Origin: Hormiphora californensis
Lineage: Eukaryota > Animalia > Ctenophora
DNA length: 64,000 nucleotides
Direction: 5' to 3'
Assembly: GCA_020137815.1 (NCBI GenBank)
Contig: CM035353.1
Span: 4,340,001 to 4,404,000, forward strand
Below, one piece after another: positions 24,170-37,008 of this stretch. The notes below the pieces were generated by a model. It did no database searches and was not told the DNA's origin. It saw only the letters and a list, made by a program, of their open reading frames with translations. Numbering within the stretch: position 1 is the stretch's first letter; each line of letters opens with the position of its first letter. Position numbers and translations under genes: made by a program.

Positions 24170-24408
24170 AAAGATAAACGTCCGGACGGTAAAAAATCCG
24201 CCGCGAATGTCTTCGCTCATTAAACAGAGAGTCGTAGCGAGACCCGATACCATACTGCTCAGGGACGTTTAGATCCGTGGACCAATTCCGCCTCTTCCAA
24301 ACCCATTTTGTTTTCTAGATTTTTCTTGTGTTTTCAATTGTCTTTTATTATTTTTTTAAAACTTCTTACAGCGGTAGCATCTCTACTAACTCTCCCCCCC
24401 CTTTTTTC
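24170..24408 (-). mobile_element. Polypurine tract (24392-24408) and start of a 3' LTR beginning AGTTAG
   Basis: gaaaaaaggggggggag then agttagtag, downstream of the env-like genes. Confidence 0.6.
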
Positions 24409-24486
24409 ACAGTCTATAACAGTTTATTGCATATTGCTGGGTGGGGCAGAATTTGTATTTATATTCTATATTCCTAATATACGTGT

Positions 24487-24987
24487 TCAAATCTTTCTCG
24501 CTACAGGGGAATATTGTTTCTGGTTCAATCTCTTTATTACTTTCTGCTGTCTCTTGCCTTCTGCTGATCTCTTCAGCTCGTGGGCTAGTTGTGCCGTGGA
24601 GTCAACGACCAAGTGATAGTGGAAATCCTCGTAAATGTCGCTGTCCACGGTTTCCTCGTTTATCTCCCCTCTGGCGATTTGGAATCCTAGTTTTAACGGG
24701 TAGTCATAGCACTGTGTTGTCGCTTTGTGTGCTACTATGTTTTTCCTCTCCAGCTGTCTGGTTGAAAGGTCCTTACATATCTGTAAGGTCTCTAGCTTTT
24801 CGTCCGTGGTAAGGCTTCCTCTTACCACATCGTTGACCCCTTTGGTCCAGATTTTCGTTATTTCTCTAGCCGCTATTGCTGGATTGTCTCCGAACGTGTT
24901 GACCTGTTCCTCAATCTTTAAACCATCCTTTGCAGATCTCTGCGATTCTCTGGTCTGTACTCGCTCCTCTTTCCTCTGTCTCTTCAA
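24487..24987 (-). CDS. Hypothetical ORF or polyprotein tail between env-like genes and PPT
   Basis: 166-codon open frame on the same strand as the env-like genes; no motif. Confidence 0.45.
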   Translation of the reverse strand: MKRQRKEERVQTRESQRSAKDGLKIEEQVNTFGDNPAIAAREITKIWTKGVNDVVRGSLTTDEKLETLQICKDLSTRQLERKNIVAHKATTQCYDYPLKLGFQIARGEINEETVDSDIYEDFHYHLVVDSTAQLAHELKRSAEGKRQQKVIKRLNQKQYSPVARKI

Positions 24988-25131
24988 GTACTATTCCAAT
25001 GTATGATGCCGAGTTGGTTCATCTTTTTGTGAGGGCCACCAGTACAAATGCAGTCACATAGTCGGCACTCTTCATATCTGCGGGAGTTGGTGTCACCAAA
25101 TGTACATCAATCGTTTTCGTCGTTGTAATTG

Positions 25132-25337
25132 TTCCAGTGTTTAACGTCTCTGACGACATATAGTCCAGTGTTTAACGTCTCTGACGACATATAGTCCAGT
25201 GTTTAACGTCTCTGACGACATATAGTCCAGTCTTTAACGTCTCTGACGACATTTAGTCCAGTGTTTAACGTCTCTGACGACATATAGTCCAGTGTTTAAC
25301 GTCTCTGACGACATATAGTCCAGTGTTTAACGTCTTT
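25132..25337. repeat. 31-bp minisatellite, about 6.5 copies
   Basis: tccagtgtttaacgtctctgacgacatatag, head-to-tail, no spacers. Confidence 0.95.
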
Positions 25338-25349
25338 GGAGACGGTTTC

Positions 25350-27125
25350 TCGTTGTTTGTGGGACGTGGGTTTTTCTCGGTATATTGTCCCTGCAAACAT
25401 ATCGTCTTTTACTAATTCTCTTATGTGTTCTAACGTGAGGACTTCAGGAAGTACCCCGGCCCCCATGGTTAGTTCTGATTTAAGTACGCCAGCCAAAATT
25501 GTTTTAATTTGATGTTTCCATTCCATGTGACGTGAAATGGAGCTACTAATTCTACCTAGGAACGTTTGACTGACTGGTTTTATGAAGGAGTCATACTTTA
25601 TCACAATTCATTCTCATTTTGATCTTTGTCTACTGATGATTGGTGCCTCCTCGTGGGGCACCATGAAACATGTGTATAGACCTTAAAAACTGCTGTTGTT
25701 TTTAATTTGTATAAACTGCTCGCCGGCTAACCCCGTGCTAGAGCTCTCTGTTGATCTCGGACCAAGGGACAGGATATCTATCTTGTCATCACTCCACTAA
25801 TCTCGCTATAATGCAATGCTCCTTCAATTTATTTGTTGTAGAGCTCTCTTGTGGATCTGAGGACACGTACGACATCTGGTTTTGAGGAACAATGATCAAA
25901 ATGGAATACAGATTACACACTCCAAGAAAGGGAAATGGTTGACGTACTTTGAAATTGGGGAATCTAGAGGTCCAAGATACGAAGATGTGACGTGAAATGG
26001 AGCTACTAATTCTACCTAGGAACGTTTGACTGACTGGTTTTATGAAGGAGTCATACTTTATCACAATTCATTCTCATTTTGATCTTTGTCTACTGATGAT
26101 TGGTGCCTCCTCGTGGGGCACCATGAAACATGTGTATAGACCTTAAAAACTGCTGTTGTTTTTAATTTGTATGATGTTTCCATTTCAAAATTTGTCTTTC
26201 TTTAACTATTTGGTAGGCGACGGTATCTACATTACATTTGATACTATCAATTTCTTTTTCCAATACTTTATAAATTTCGACCACTTCCTTATTGAATTTT
26301 ACTTGTTCAGTAAGGAATGCGGTGTATTTTCTAGTCTGGGCGGCTTCGTACATTGTTGCCCCCAGACCTACAAGAGCTGGGATCCCTACTGCTGCTAACA
26401 CGACTCCAATTAATCGTTTTTTCTAGCTCCCGGTTGTGCGATTGCCGTGTCATTGTCTACTGTTTATGTGATGTGTTCCAAAGTTTATCAATTTCATTTT
26501 TTGTTTCTTCAGTAAAAAATTTTCCTAGTGGTGTTTGTGGTATTTCTAAATATCCCTTACACATGCGTGGAAGTTCAGATCTAAGTGCGTGTAGGTCGAC
26601 AGTTACGCTTTTCGCGAACCCTTCGACTTGTTTCCACACATGGTGTAGTTCGGTGTCGCCAAAAAGGGTTTCCTTTTTCAAGCTTCTAACTTCACATTTT
26701 CCATCATTGGATGGTTCTACGAGAGCCAATGCACAGGCCTGTTCAAAACATTTTTCATGCATCTTTTAACATTTTCAGCCATTGTTGGCTTTAGTAAGTG
26801 GAAGTTCGCTACATATCTCGGGTATTGGACTGATGCGTCTACTAACCAGGCATAGTCTGGTCTGCAATAACTATAAGGTCTATGTCATTGTGATCGGGTT
26901 GTTCGGTGCATTTAAAACTAGTTGGGTCAGGTATCGGTGCGGACAAAAAGACTGATGCAAATATGCTTTCTGCCCCTGCGGCAATATATCCTTGAGAACT
27001 ACCCCAATGTCCTTGAGAACGATTGGGTCTAGTTGCAGTTTGAACTGTGCTTGCTGGATCTCCGCCTCGCGTGCCACTCTCAATTTCATGCATAATAGAA
27101 AAATAATCAGCGGAATCAATTTCAT
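25350..27125 (-). pseudogene. Class I fusion (F-like) envelope gene, frameshifted and rearranged
   Basis: Signal peptide MKLIPLIIFLLC, Cys-rich ectodomain, basic site RELEKR then hydrophobic LIGVVLAAVGIPALVGLGA and heptad-like FLTEQVKFNKEVVEIYKVLEKEIDSIK; duplication of about 180 bp at 25525/25986. Confidence 0.7.
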
Positions 27126-28811
27126 CGTTGGAATCTTCCCGCGGGACGTCTGAAATGATTTGCTGTTTACTATGACGGTAGTGATACTTTTTCTGAATTT
27201 CGTTTTATTTATTGAGATATTCACATTAGGTAAAATTTTCCAAAATTTACCAAAATTTAATTGTTTGACTGCCCAAATCATGCCACACGCTGCGCCAGCT
27301 CGTGTCAGCCATAGTATTACTCCATCTATAGTATGTGATACCATTCTAGACTTTTAAATCCCGGTATTATTAGTTCAGGAGTGTCTAAATTTTGAGCCTG
27401 GTCTTTTTCCATATCGCTTATTCTATTTTCCATGTACTCTAGGGCAGCTTTTGATGGGTCCGTGTGTGATATGTCCTTATTATCATATATAAACTCATCG
27501 GGGAAATGAAATAAATCGTCAAATGTATGGGTTTTGAATATGGGTATTTCTAGAGCATTATTCGTGTTTATAATGTGTGGTGTGCTTCCAGGTTGATAGT
27601 TGTATGTTTTACCGTGTAACTCTATGAACCTACTCATTGGTGCAGAACAATTCGTTCTTGGTGATTTGTTATTGATTATGTTTGTCTGTGGGTCTATGAA
27701 TCCGCTTCTGAAATTTTCTGCCTGGTTTACTTTGTATATTATCGGTACGTCATAGAAACATTCATCTGTTTGTCTGAATTCTACTGTGTCAATTGGTTTA
27801 CATGGTGTTACTTGAATGAGTTCGCCAGTAATGTGGTCACTTTGTGCTACTATGTATGGGTTACTTAACATGTTTCGTGCGTATGCGGTGGGGTTTTTAA
27901 GTGCAAGTGTTTTGGTGACGTTAATGGTTAACTGTATTGCTTCACATAAGTTTGAATATTTAGTCGTCTTCTCAGTCATTACATCAGATAAGTAGTTAAG
28001 TTTTGTTAGTAATTCCTCTCTAACTGCTTCAATGGTTGTTGTCTCTGCACTACCTTTTATTAATTTTGGTGAGTTTTCTTTTCAGTGATTCTGATTTTGA
28101 AGCCGTTGGCGAAATAATATTTGTTCATTATGGGTTTTTCGTGTAGGTCAGCGCTGAAACCTATTTTGGCGATCATGATGTGGTTTCCTAAAATGATTGC
28201 TTGGTAGTTGCCAACTAATATATGTGTTTTTTCAACATTTAGTTCTGGTTGCTATATGATTGTTTCATTGTGGTTTGTTAGACAGTAACCTTTATTATAG
28301 GTTTGTGAACATTTAGTTACGTCTCCTAAATTTGATATCATATCAGTGCCGTGTGTTTTTGTTACGTATCCGTCCCTAATTATACATTCTATGACCGTAT
28401 TTGTTTTAGTTTTAAGCCATTTAGATTCGCACTTTGGGTTGACATGACCCGTATTTGTATTTCTATTGCCTGCTTTGTCTTCACATGTTGAATGAGTGAT
28501 GTGATCGCGATATTTATTTTCTGGCCAGTAAACTTTTCTATTTGATGTAGTTGTCTCTTTAGACCCAAAAAATTGCTGGATACTTTGCACGTTTTATCTG
28601 TAACTTTGATTGATTTGGCTTTTACTCTGTACTCTTTGATGTTTCGTTTCCAAAGTGTTACGTTGTAAATTGTCGGGTTGTCATTGTCACATTTAAAAGA
28701 CTGCGGGACTTTAAATAGTTGCTTAGCAGTCCTGCCGTCACATATCATGGCAGTGCTATTGACACTGTCAATGATGATAGCAAATAGAACAGTTGCTACC
28801 AAGTTTCTCAT
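27126..28811 (-). pseudogene. Class III-like (chuvirus G / herpes gB-related) envelope glycoprotein, frameshifted
   Basis: Signal peptide, MICD..C, NFFG loop, NPTAYARNML..TPCKPI..FRQTDECFYDVP..GFIDPQTNII..C, TM-like GVILWLTRAGAACGMIWAV; acceptor ttttcag abuts the ATG. Confidence 0.75.
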
Positions 28812-29029
28812 CTGAAAAACATAGGTTGGTTGTGTGAGTCTGTTCTTTTCGTCAGTCGAGTGATCAAGTCGTCTGAGTTAAAGTCACACGTCAACTTCCC
28901 TATGTGGTCGACCTTCTTCAGATGTGCCTTGGATGCTATGGATGCAATGATGTTATGATGCTACGATGCTATGTTATTTCGTTTTTTTTCTATGTGTTAT
29001 CTAAACTTTTTCCAATTACACTAGCTACT

Positions 29030-29708
29030 ATGTCTTATCTAAGAATCGATATGACCTTCCGGACCATTGAAGAATGGTATAGGTTATTCTGGATAATAAC
29101 TCGTCACACCGGATCACCGGTTGATTGGGGTCTATTAAACCCATGCCTCATTTCCGCACTACTTGGGGACGAAATCATCGGCTTGGTCTGTTATCATTCA
29201 ATTATCCGATTGTTGGAGTTCCCCCATGTGGGGCACCCCCAAGTTGGCGGTACTATATACTGCATATGTGATCTCGCGGGGTTCGTCTTTATATGTCACG
29301 ATCGACATGAGGTTTACAAATGTGGAACAATGGTACCGGATTTTCCGGTTGATTTGTTTTCATGTGGGATACCCCGTCAATTGGGGTGCGTTAAACCCCT
29401 GTCTGGTGGTCGCGTTAATCGGGCCAGAGTTACAGGGCGCTGTGTGTTATCACGCCCTGATCCGCTTACTCGAGTGTCCCCATGTGGGGCACCCTCGGGT
29501 AGGCGGTACTCTGTACTGTATGTGCGACCTGGCGGGATTTGTAGTGGTGTATGGTCCCGATGCGCTAGGATTCCGGGTCGATCCCGAAGTCCTAGTGTGT
29601 CGGGCCAGGCAGTGCCGGTACCCCCGGCACCATTGGGAGACTGGACTGCCCCGGCTGTCCTGGCTGCCAATAGTTAAATTTTCTTTTCTTTTAATACGTA
29701 TGGCCTGA
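29030..29708 (+). CDS. Cys/His tandem-domain protein (one frameshift between domains)
   Basis: Two repeats of about 85 aa: IDM.F...E.WYR.F..I..H.G.PV.WG.LNPCL..AL.G...VCYH..IRLLE.PHVGHP.VGGT.YC.CDLAGFV. Confidence 0.75.
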
Positions 29709-30166
29709 TTTAATTGTACGTGATAATTTTCTTTCCCCCTTTTATTTCTAAAACTCTTTCTTTCAGGGGCAGCATTGTACCACCCCTCCTCCTAAGATCG
29801 GAGACGGTAAGTTAATCCTTTCATTGAGTTCCCTTTTGGATAAAAATTTTTCCAAAATACTGGTTAGTGCCTGTATTAGATATGTATTGCAACTATGGCC
29901 AAAAGTTATCACGTGCCTCGTTTTTTCAGAGATTTGTACCCGGTGTGTTTCCTTGGTGAAATTCAGGGGGACACTGGATGTGGGGGCTGCCAGATTAGTT
30001 TGGAACAGTGCCAGCATTGTGCCACGGATCTGTGCAATGCACAACCGAGTTTCCTGTTAGATGCCCAGGGAGAAAAAGAAAAAGGGGACTCAGAGAGAGC
30101 AAAACAACTAAAGGAGGAACAGGAGACAAGAGAGAGAGAGAGAGACTGCACGGAAAATGATAGTGT

Positions 30167-30167
<1 letters not shown>

Positions 30168-30210
<43 letters not shown>
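30168..30210. repeat. (GA)n microsatellite
   Basis: Direct inspection. Confidence 0.95.
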
Positions 30211-30212
<2 letters not shown>

Positions 30213-30644
30213 GGTTACGGTGATATGGGTTCTGGTCGGGACACTATTCCTGACTATATGTCTTTTTGTTGTTATAATAAAATATAAAAAATGTATTTCC
30301 GGGTGAGGGAGTATCAATATGTAATAGTATATGAATCTAAAAGAAGTTAATAAATAAGAAAATATTAGTTTAATAATTTAATAATCAAAAGTAATAAACA
30401 TTACTACCTAATACTAACACATTTATCACTCAGGCAGGTGATTAAGATAAGGAACGCGGAAGTTAGGAGCAGGAGAAAGAGGAGCACCGTAACGATAGGA
30501 CAAATAAAGGTAATATATAGTGTAAATTAAAGCTAAAAAGAGCACAGACGTGAACTTGGTTGATCAATTATTGGTATAAAATAGATCTAGATGAACTAGA
30601 TATAGTAAGATTTCTAGTCAAAATAAAGTAACGGCTAATTTATT

Positions 30645-31050
30645 TTCAGGAAACAAAGCAGGAAGGCATATGCGAAGAATCGGGTATCGCGACGGTGCCC
30701 CTAATATTTAGGAACGAACATCCAGAGTGCAAGGAGCCCAGAAGGGACATAAATTGTAAGTTACTGGCCAAGATTAGACAATTTATGGGGGACTTATTTA
30801 AATTAAGGTGATGGGATGAACGCGTCATAACATTAAAAAATATCTTAATCATAGGTGTTTTGTGATAATATTGTTCTAACACTGTTTCCCTCTTTTCAGA
30901 CTGAACTCCACCACCTCTGGAGAGGAACAAAGTGGTCACAAAACACATGAGCGATGTGGACATTTGTCCAGTTGACGTGCAATGAGGAATGAGCAATTGG
31001 GACTTGTTTGTGGGTGTAGTGACATTAATGAGAATAACGAACTGAGCAAT
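30645..31050 (+). pseudogene. Copy of the PPxIFRNxxPEC multi-exon family
   Basis: VPLIFRNEHPECKEPRRDINC|gtaagttactgg; introns homologous to 17240-17340 and 17850-17950. Confidence 0.55.
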
Positions 31051-31431
31051 GTCTGATTTAGAGTGGTTTCAAGCATTGAATTTTTTTATCGAATTTGGTT
31101 AGATAATTGTCATTGTCCAGTCTTCACAACATTCCCTCTGCGGCATGGAATCTCCATGGTCCTCTCATTGCTGGGTCATTACAACTTTCATGCCACCCTG
31201 TCTGCAGATATAGTTCTTACTGTCCCGTCTCGCCAACAGCCCACACTGAGTAAGGGGTACCGAACCCAATCAATCCTGTCTGGGTTGGCATCTCCAATAC
31301 AGAACATTTGGGCTTTACAGGCAGAGAGAATCACACCACTTCGGGTTGGTATCACATTTATCTGCGGGGTACACCAAAGAATCCTATCCCTCTTGCCACC
31401 CCCTTCAACTCTCCCCTCCAGTCTGCTCTTT

Positions 31432-31633
31432 ATGTTGTGTCCTCACTGTTCTACCCCTATCACTCCTCCCACCCCGGTCGCCACCTACTCCCGCTCCCCT
31501 TCCCCAACCGACCCGCGGAAATTACTGGAAGAATTATAGGCGAAAGAAGGAGCGAGAAGTCGATCGGCTGAAATCTACAATCGCTCGGCTGAATGCGACA
31601 GTCGATCGGCAGAACGGGGACGCAGGTTGGTAA
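31432..31633 (+). pseudogene. bZIP-like accessory gene, 5' part
   Basis: MLCPHCSTPIT..NYWKNYRRKKEREVDRLKSTIARLNATVDRQNGD; acceptor ccctccag shortly before the ATG. Confidence 0.85.
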
Positions 31634-31726
31634 CATAGACACCTGGCGCGACCCTATGTCACCAAAAGTTACCAGTCGTCGTGCTGTGCTATCTGTAGAC
31701 ATGTCTAGACATAAGAACCCTTGTTA

Positions 31727-31880
31727 TGGGGGAAAACAGTCGTGCCTGAACCTCAGGTCAAGTGCACGGCTATTCTCTGAAATTTAAGGCAATAGCTGTC
31801 ACTGAAACCTGAGAACTCAGGTCTCAGTGGAAAATAGCTGTGCACTGGACTTGAGGTTCAGGCACGTCTGTTTTCCCCCT
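31727..31880. mobile_element. Small inverted-repeat MITE
   Basis: gggggaaaacagtcgtgcctgaacctcag...ttgaggttcaggcacgtctgttttccccc; partial copy at about 33442-33492. Confidence 0.65.
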
Positions 31881-31982
31881 ATGCAACGTCAACACTCTCT
31901 CTTGTGCTGCAGGCCAGTTGACGTCAGGGAGGAAGATGAATCATCGTAACCAGCACCACTGTATCTCGTATATCGGGATATA

Positions 31983-32738
31983 ACGGGTGACAACTAAAAA
32001 TTGTCCCTAATTTAAAACGGCTGTATAAATTTTCCCTTTTGAGATACAGCTTCAGGTCAGTGATAGAACGATTTTTCAGACAATTTTGAATCGGAATAAC
32101 ATACCGGCAAAGTCTAAAAAGTTCATTTTCATTGCGATATCGCATCATTTCCTCTTGTCCCTCCAAAGCATGTAGTACGGAGATTTGAAATTTCTATGTT
32201 ATCAGAAACGACCTTCCCGATGAGATAGAATTCTCAAAATTGGAAGTCTGGTTGTTGATACCATAACCAACATAACTGCCAAGTTTAAAAATTTCAGCTC
32301 ATTAGGAAGTTGGTTTTCCACGTCATTAATGTTTCAAGAGATTGTCGAAATGGCGATTTCTCAAATTACCTGTAAACTACGCTTTATTACAGAAGATTCT
32401 GATCAGGAAATTGAGATTTACGAAGTTTGAAACAAAGTTAATTTCGTTCAAAATTGTCTGAAAAATCATTATATCACTATCCCGAAGCTGCATCTCAAAC
32501 AGAACAGGCGCTAGAGGTACTAGAAGATTGTGTAGATTTCACGTACTTCATGCTTTGGTGGGGCAAGAGGAAATGATGCGATATCGCAATGAAAATGAAC
32601 TTTTTAGTCTTCGCCGTTATGTTACTCCGATTTAAAATTGTCTGAAAAATCGTTCTATCACTGGCCCGAAGCTGTATCTCAAAAGGGAAAATTTCTACAG
32701 CCGTTTTAAACTAGGGACAATTTTTAGTTGTCACCCGT
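31983..32738. mobile_element. Tc1/mariner-type MITE, TA TSD
   Basis: TIR of about 190 bp starting acgggtgacaactaaaaattgt; second copy inverted at 57516-58267. Confidence 0.9.
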
Positions 32739-33755
32739 TATGAAAATAGAAAGGGGGGGTTAGAAGCCAGAAGGTGGTTAAGAGTATATAATCCCGATAA
32801 CAATGACACCATGCCAAATTACCAGAGACTTTATAGTCACCAGAGACCTTCATTTCACCAGAATGTTTACATATATTTACCTAACAAGTTTGTTATATCA
32901 TGGTTTACTGCACCTGCAAAGACCTTCATTTCACCAGAATGTTTACATATATTTACCTAACAAGTTTGATATATCATGGTTTACTGCGCCTGATAGATTG
33001 GTCACTTCATGAGGGCATGGTGAGGAATACTTGGTTAAGAAGTTACCCCTTGCCAGCGCGCGCGAAGGTCGCCCGGGTTACAGATCCGGTTTGATTCACT
33101 TAAAAAATTAATAGCTCCTCAATGAAAATGCACCAAAGCGGATCTGTATAAACCGCTCTTTAGAGGGGTTATTTCGTAACCAAGAGGAATACGTACCTTT
33201 CTATCTATCTACGGAGTGCCTGGGCTTGCCAACGGCAAGCCCACAGGGGACTATCGCAAAGCGATATCGCCGGCACTAGGAGAATAGCCCGGCCGGCCCC
33301 CTCCCCCCACCGTCAGGAACTGTCCAAATTAGGTATAGGTTCACATTATAAGTGGCGACGGGTTCGGGAGAGTAAACTCGTACCTTTGGGAATGTAGTGA
33401 CTATAAGACCGGAATGAAATTACCAGTGTAAAGGGGACCATTGGGGGAAGTCGTGCCTGAACCTCAGGTTCAGCCACGACTATTTTCCCCAATAGAGGAA
33501 ACAGGAACAACCGACAACAAAACATGATGGAAATTAACAATTTGTGTTAAACATGAGAATTAAACAGAGCCAGCTAATTTGCTCGTTAGTTTGAATAAGA
33601 CTCCAAATCAGGTAATTAAACACTGCACCATTTGCACCATTTGCCATTGCTCTTAAACTTTTGTTACCAACCTAATTTTAATTCAAACATGTAATTAACA
33701 TAAAACCTGAACCAACTATTAATTATTGAACTTTTTCCTCAGGAACCTTGGTTAA

Positions 33756-35145
33756 GGGTACGCTAACCAAAAATTTTTTTCGAGTGCAGGGAAATCTCTC
33801 ACCGTAGGGTTGTAGGCCATGCCAAGGAGACCTCAAATATGCAATTTGAGCTCTCAAGTCGAATTCATATTTTTGCTACAGCTGCTTGAAAAATGAACTG
33901 TAAATACGTTTTTGGCATCTCAAAAAAATTTTTTTAAAGATAGGAGCATGAAAATTTAGGGATTTGAAGAGGACATGAAGGTGAATAACCACAAAATTTT
34001 TTTTTGCAATCCGAGCTGATTTCCGGTCCTGAGATGGATTTCTTTTTTTCCACTTTAACGCCCTATTTGGCAAAGTTCCGAAAACATGTGAAAGCTGTAA
34101 ATTGGTGAAAAGTTGCGTCTAACGATTATCTAAGTGGCCATAAATTTTGGGCGTGTCCTTATTTGAGATAAGCTGTACAGAGTTTCTTTTGTGAAAGCCG
34201 TCATTTCAGAAATAAATAAATTCCCTGTATCTCAAAAACGGCTGATCGTAGAGACCTGAGACTATGCTTAAACGATTCAGAAGGTCCGATTTTGGGGGGG
34301 TCTTCTGAGAGACATTTTGCTCCTACTTCAACCGTTTTTGCTGTAATTGCGAAAAACAAATTCTATGAAAAGGGCAAAAGCTAAACTCCAATATCCTGTA
34401 ATTAGGGAATTTTAGCTAAGAAAGGACCGAAACTATGGAAAAATGTGTAACAAGCTAATTCCTTCACTATTTGGTCCATATGGGTCCCTATAATCACCAA
34501 AAACAAAATCACAAAAAATCCACGATGGCGAAGATGGGTTTTTGTTTTTCGCAATTACAGCAAAAACGGTTGAAGTAGGAGCAAAATGTCTCTCAGAAGA
34601 CCCCCCCAAAATCGGACCTTCTGAATCGTTTAAGCATAGTCTCAGGTCTCTACGATCAGCCGTTTTTGAGATACAGGGAATTTATTTATTTCTGAAATGA
34701 CGGCTTTCACAAAAGAAACTCTGTACAGCTTATCTCAAATAAGGACACGCCCAAAATTTATGGCCACTTAGATAATCGTTAGACGCAACTTTTCACCAAT
34801 TTACAGCTTTCACATGTTTTCGGAACTTTGCCAAATAGGGCGTTAAAGTGGAAAAAAAGAAATCCATCTCAGGACCGGAAATCAGCTCGGATTGCAAAAA
34901 AAAATTTTGTGGTTATTCACTTTCATGTCCTCTTCAAATCCCCAAATTTTCATGCTCCTATCTTTAAAAAAATTTTTTTGAGATGCCAAAAACGTATTTA
35001 CAGTTCATTTTTCAAGCAGCTGTAGCAAAAATATGAATTCGACTTGAGAGCTCAAATTGCATATTTGAGGTCTCCTTGGCATGGCCTACAACCCTACGGT
35101 GAGAGATTTCCCTGCACTCGAAAAAAATTTTTGGTTAGCGTACCC
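33756..35145. mobile_element. Foldback DNA transposon, TTAA TSD, GGGTAC termini (Kolobok-like)
   Basis: Inverted arms of about 600 bp, spacer of about 180 bp, TTAA at 33752-33755 and 35146-35149. Confidence 0.9.
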
Positions 35146-35149
35146 TTAA

Positions 35150-35589
35150 CTACGACAGATTGGTAGAATGGAAGGAGAAAACTGGCAAGAGGTATCGCGG
35201 TGCCACTGCGATCACGATTGTTGCAGGTAGAGACAAGCAACCGGAGACTTTCGATCAAAGAGGTCGATAAGTTTAAGACTGTCTCGGCAGGGGCCCGCCA
35301 GGCAGCAAAGACGTTGATATATGAGTCAACGGCCCCGATCAGAGACGCCTTGATCGGCAACGCACCGTTAACCATGGTTCTACGTGGAATCGACCGCTCC
35401 ATCGGTACTTTTTACCGTTATGGGAGTGATCTCTCCTTCCCTTTCAAACACATGGAAGAAAATCGGGAGGTACCAGGCCCATCCCAACCAGAAAACCACT
35501 GGAGGAAAGCCTCTTCCCTCAACAAGCCCAGGAGCTCGAGCGCCAGCCGAGGGGCCAGGAGAGGCAATGGGAAAAGAGGGAGGTATTGA
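35150..35589 (+). pseudogene. Unknown coding exon interrupted by the foldback
   Basis: 129-aa ORF; acceptor ttttcctcag at about 33742 joins it once the foldback is removed. Confidence 0.3.
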
Positions 35590-35968
35590 GTTGATTAATT
35601 TTTAAATTTATTTGTCCAAAAATGCGTCCTATTTTGATCTCCGAAAATACATGCACGGAGGGGTGGATGGGGGAACAAACAAAACCCCGGGATGAGAAAA
35701 ACCACTCATCATTCGTCCTACCATACACAGAGGGGTGGATGTGGGGCCAATGAATTGTCCCCTTGTGTGACTAGAAATGTTTCACCCGATATATGATATG
35801 TACCCTATCGGAAGAGTCGTTACACACCACACGACTTGGTAGTCATACTATTACCCGATATTTGATATACCCTATCGGAAGAGTCGTTATAAACCACACG
35901 GCTTGGGGATCATACTATTGCCGATGTTCATTATATACACTCCATCGGAAGTATTCATAATGCATATA

Positions 35969-36789
35969 CCGTGTGGCCCAAATTAAAGGGAGGGTACGTT
36001 GGCCTTCTTTTCACCCAGAAGTTTAATTTCAATCACTCTGATATTTTGACACAATGTCTGCATGGGTACTCACTACTCATTCGAGGAATCCGAAGTTTCA
36101 GCCCTCTGGACAAAAGTTCATTTTTTTCGACCGAATGAACATTGAATGAACACCAATATGGGACCAAATTTCGGTACCAAAGTTTCACAAATTTGTTTGG
36201 CTATCGATTTCCTTTCAAATGGGACCAGTTTGAGCTTAATTGGATCACCACAAGAATCACAGTGATCCGTTTTCTAAGCCTAGGATAAGTCATGTGATCC
36301 CCATCAAATTATGACGTGTTAGCAAGAGAAATGAATTTTAAGATAGAGAGCTTAAATTCCAGCTAACATCAAAATTGATCAAGAGTAGTGGCCGTACATA
36401 TTTTTAGCGCCTGAATTTACCGATTTCTGGTCAAAACAGGTCAAAATCGATGTTTGGTAAAAAATATCATCTTTAAATAACTTATTTCACCCACTAAACT
36501 TGATTCAATTTTAATAAAAGTGCAGATTGCCATTTGTTGATACTTGCTCTAATGTATGGCGGTTTTTGAAATAATAAAATCGAATTTAATCAAGAGAAAA
36601 CCTCAAAAAACCCGAAAAACGAAAAATTGAGTTCATTAATGAACTTTCAACTTTTATGATTTGAAACTTCGGATTCCTCGAATGAGTACCCATGCAGACA
36701 TTGTGTCAAAATATCAATTATCAGAGTGATTGAAATTAAACTTCTGGGTGAAAAGAAGGCCAATGTACCCTCCCTTTAATTTGGGCCAC
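35969..36789. mobile_element. Tc1/mariner-type MITE
   Basis: TIR of about 130 bp (gtggcccaaattaaagggagggtac); right end clipped. Confidence 0.8.
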
Positions 36790-37008
36790 CCCAATCACAC
36801 TGCTTTAGAAACCTCGCAGCAGTAGTTCCAGCTTGAGACCTGAGAAGAAAGAAGAAGTTTCTGCCTCTACATCTAAACCAACTGGAGGGTGCTAATTGGA
36901 TTCACAGCTGAGGAGGAAAGCTAGTTCATGAATAAATCCTGTACAACATACGTGGCTATGTATTTACTTACTGTATTTTCATTACGGTAATTTGACTACA
37001 AGCAGCAC

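Noticed and set aside
25132-25337. 31-bp repeats as a CRISPR array
   Set aside because: Head-to-tail with no spacers, no cas genes, eukaryotic context.
32742-33000. PPT plus LTR start with tandem duplication
   Set aside because: No TG terminus, partner LTR or TSD; left uncalled.
35730-35775. Helitron 3' ends (here and about 38660-38710)
   Set aside because: Weak hairpin, CTAG not followed by T, no matching 5' end or RepHel.
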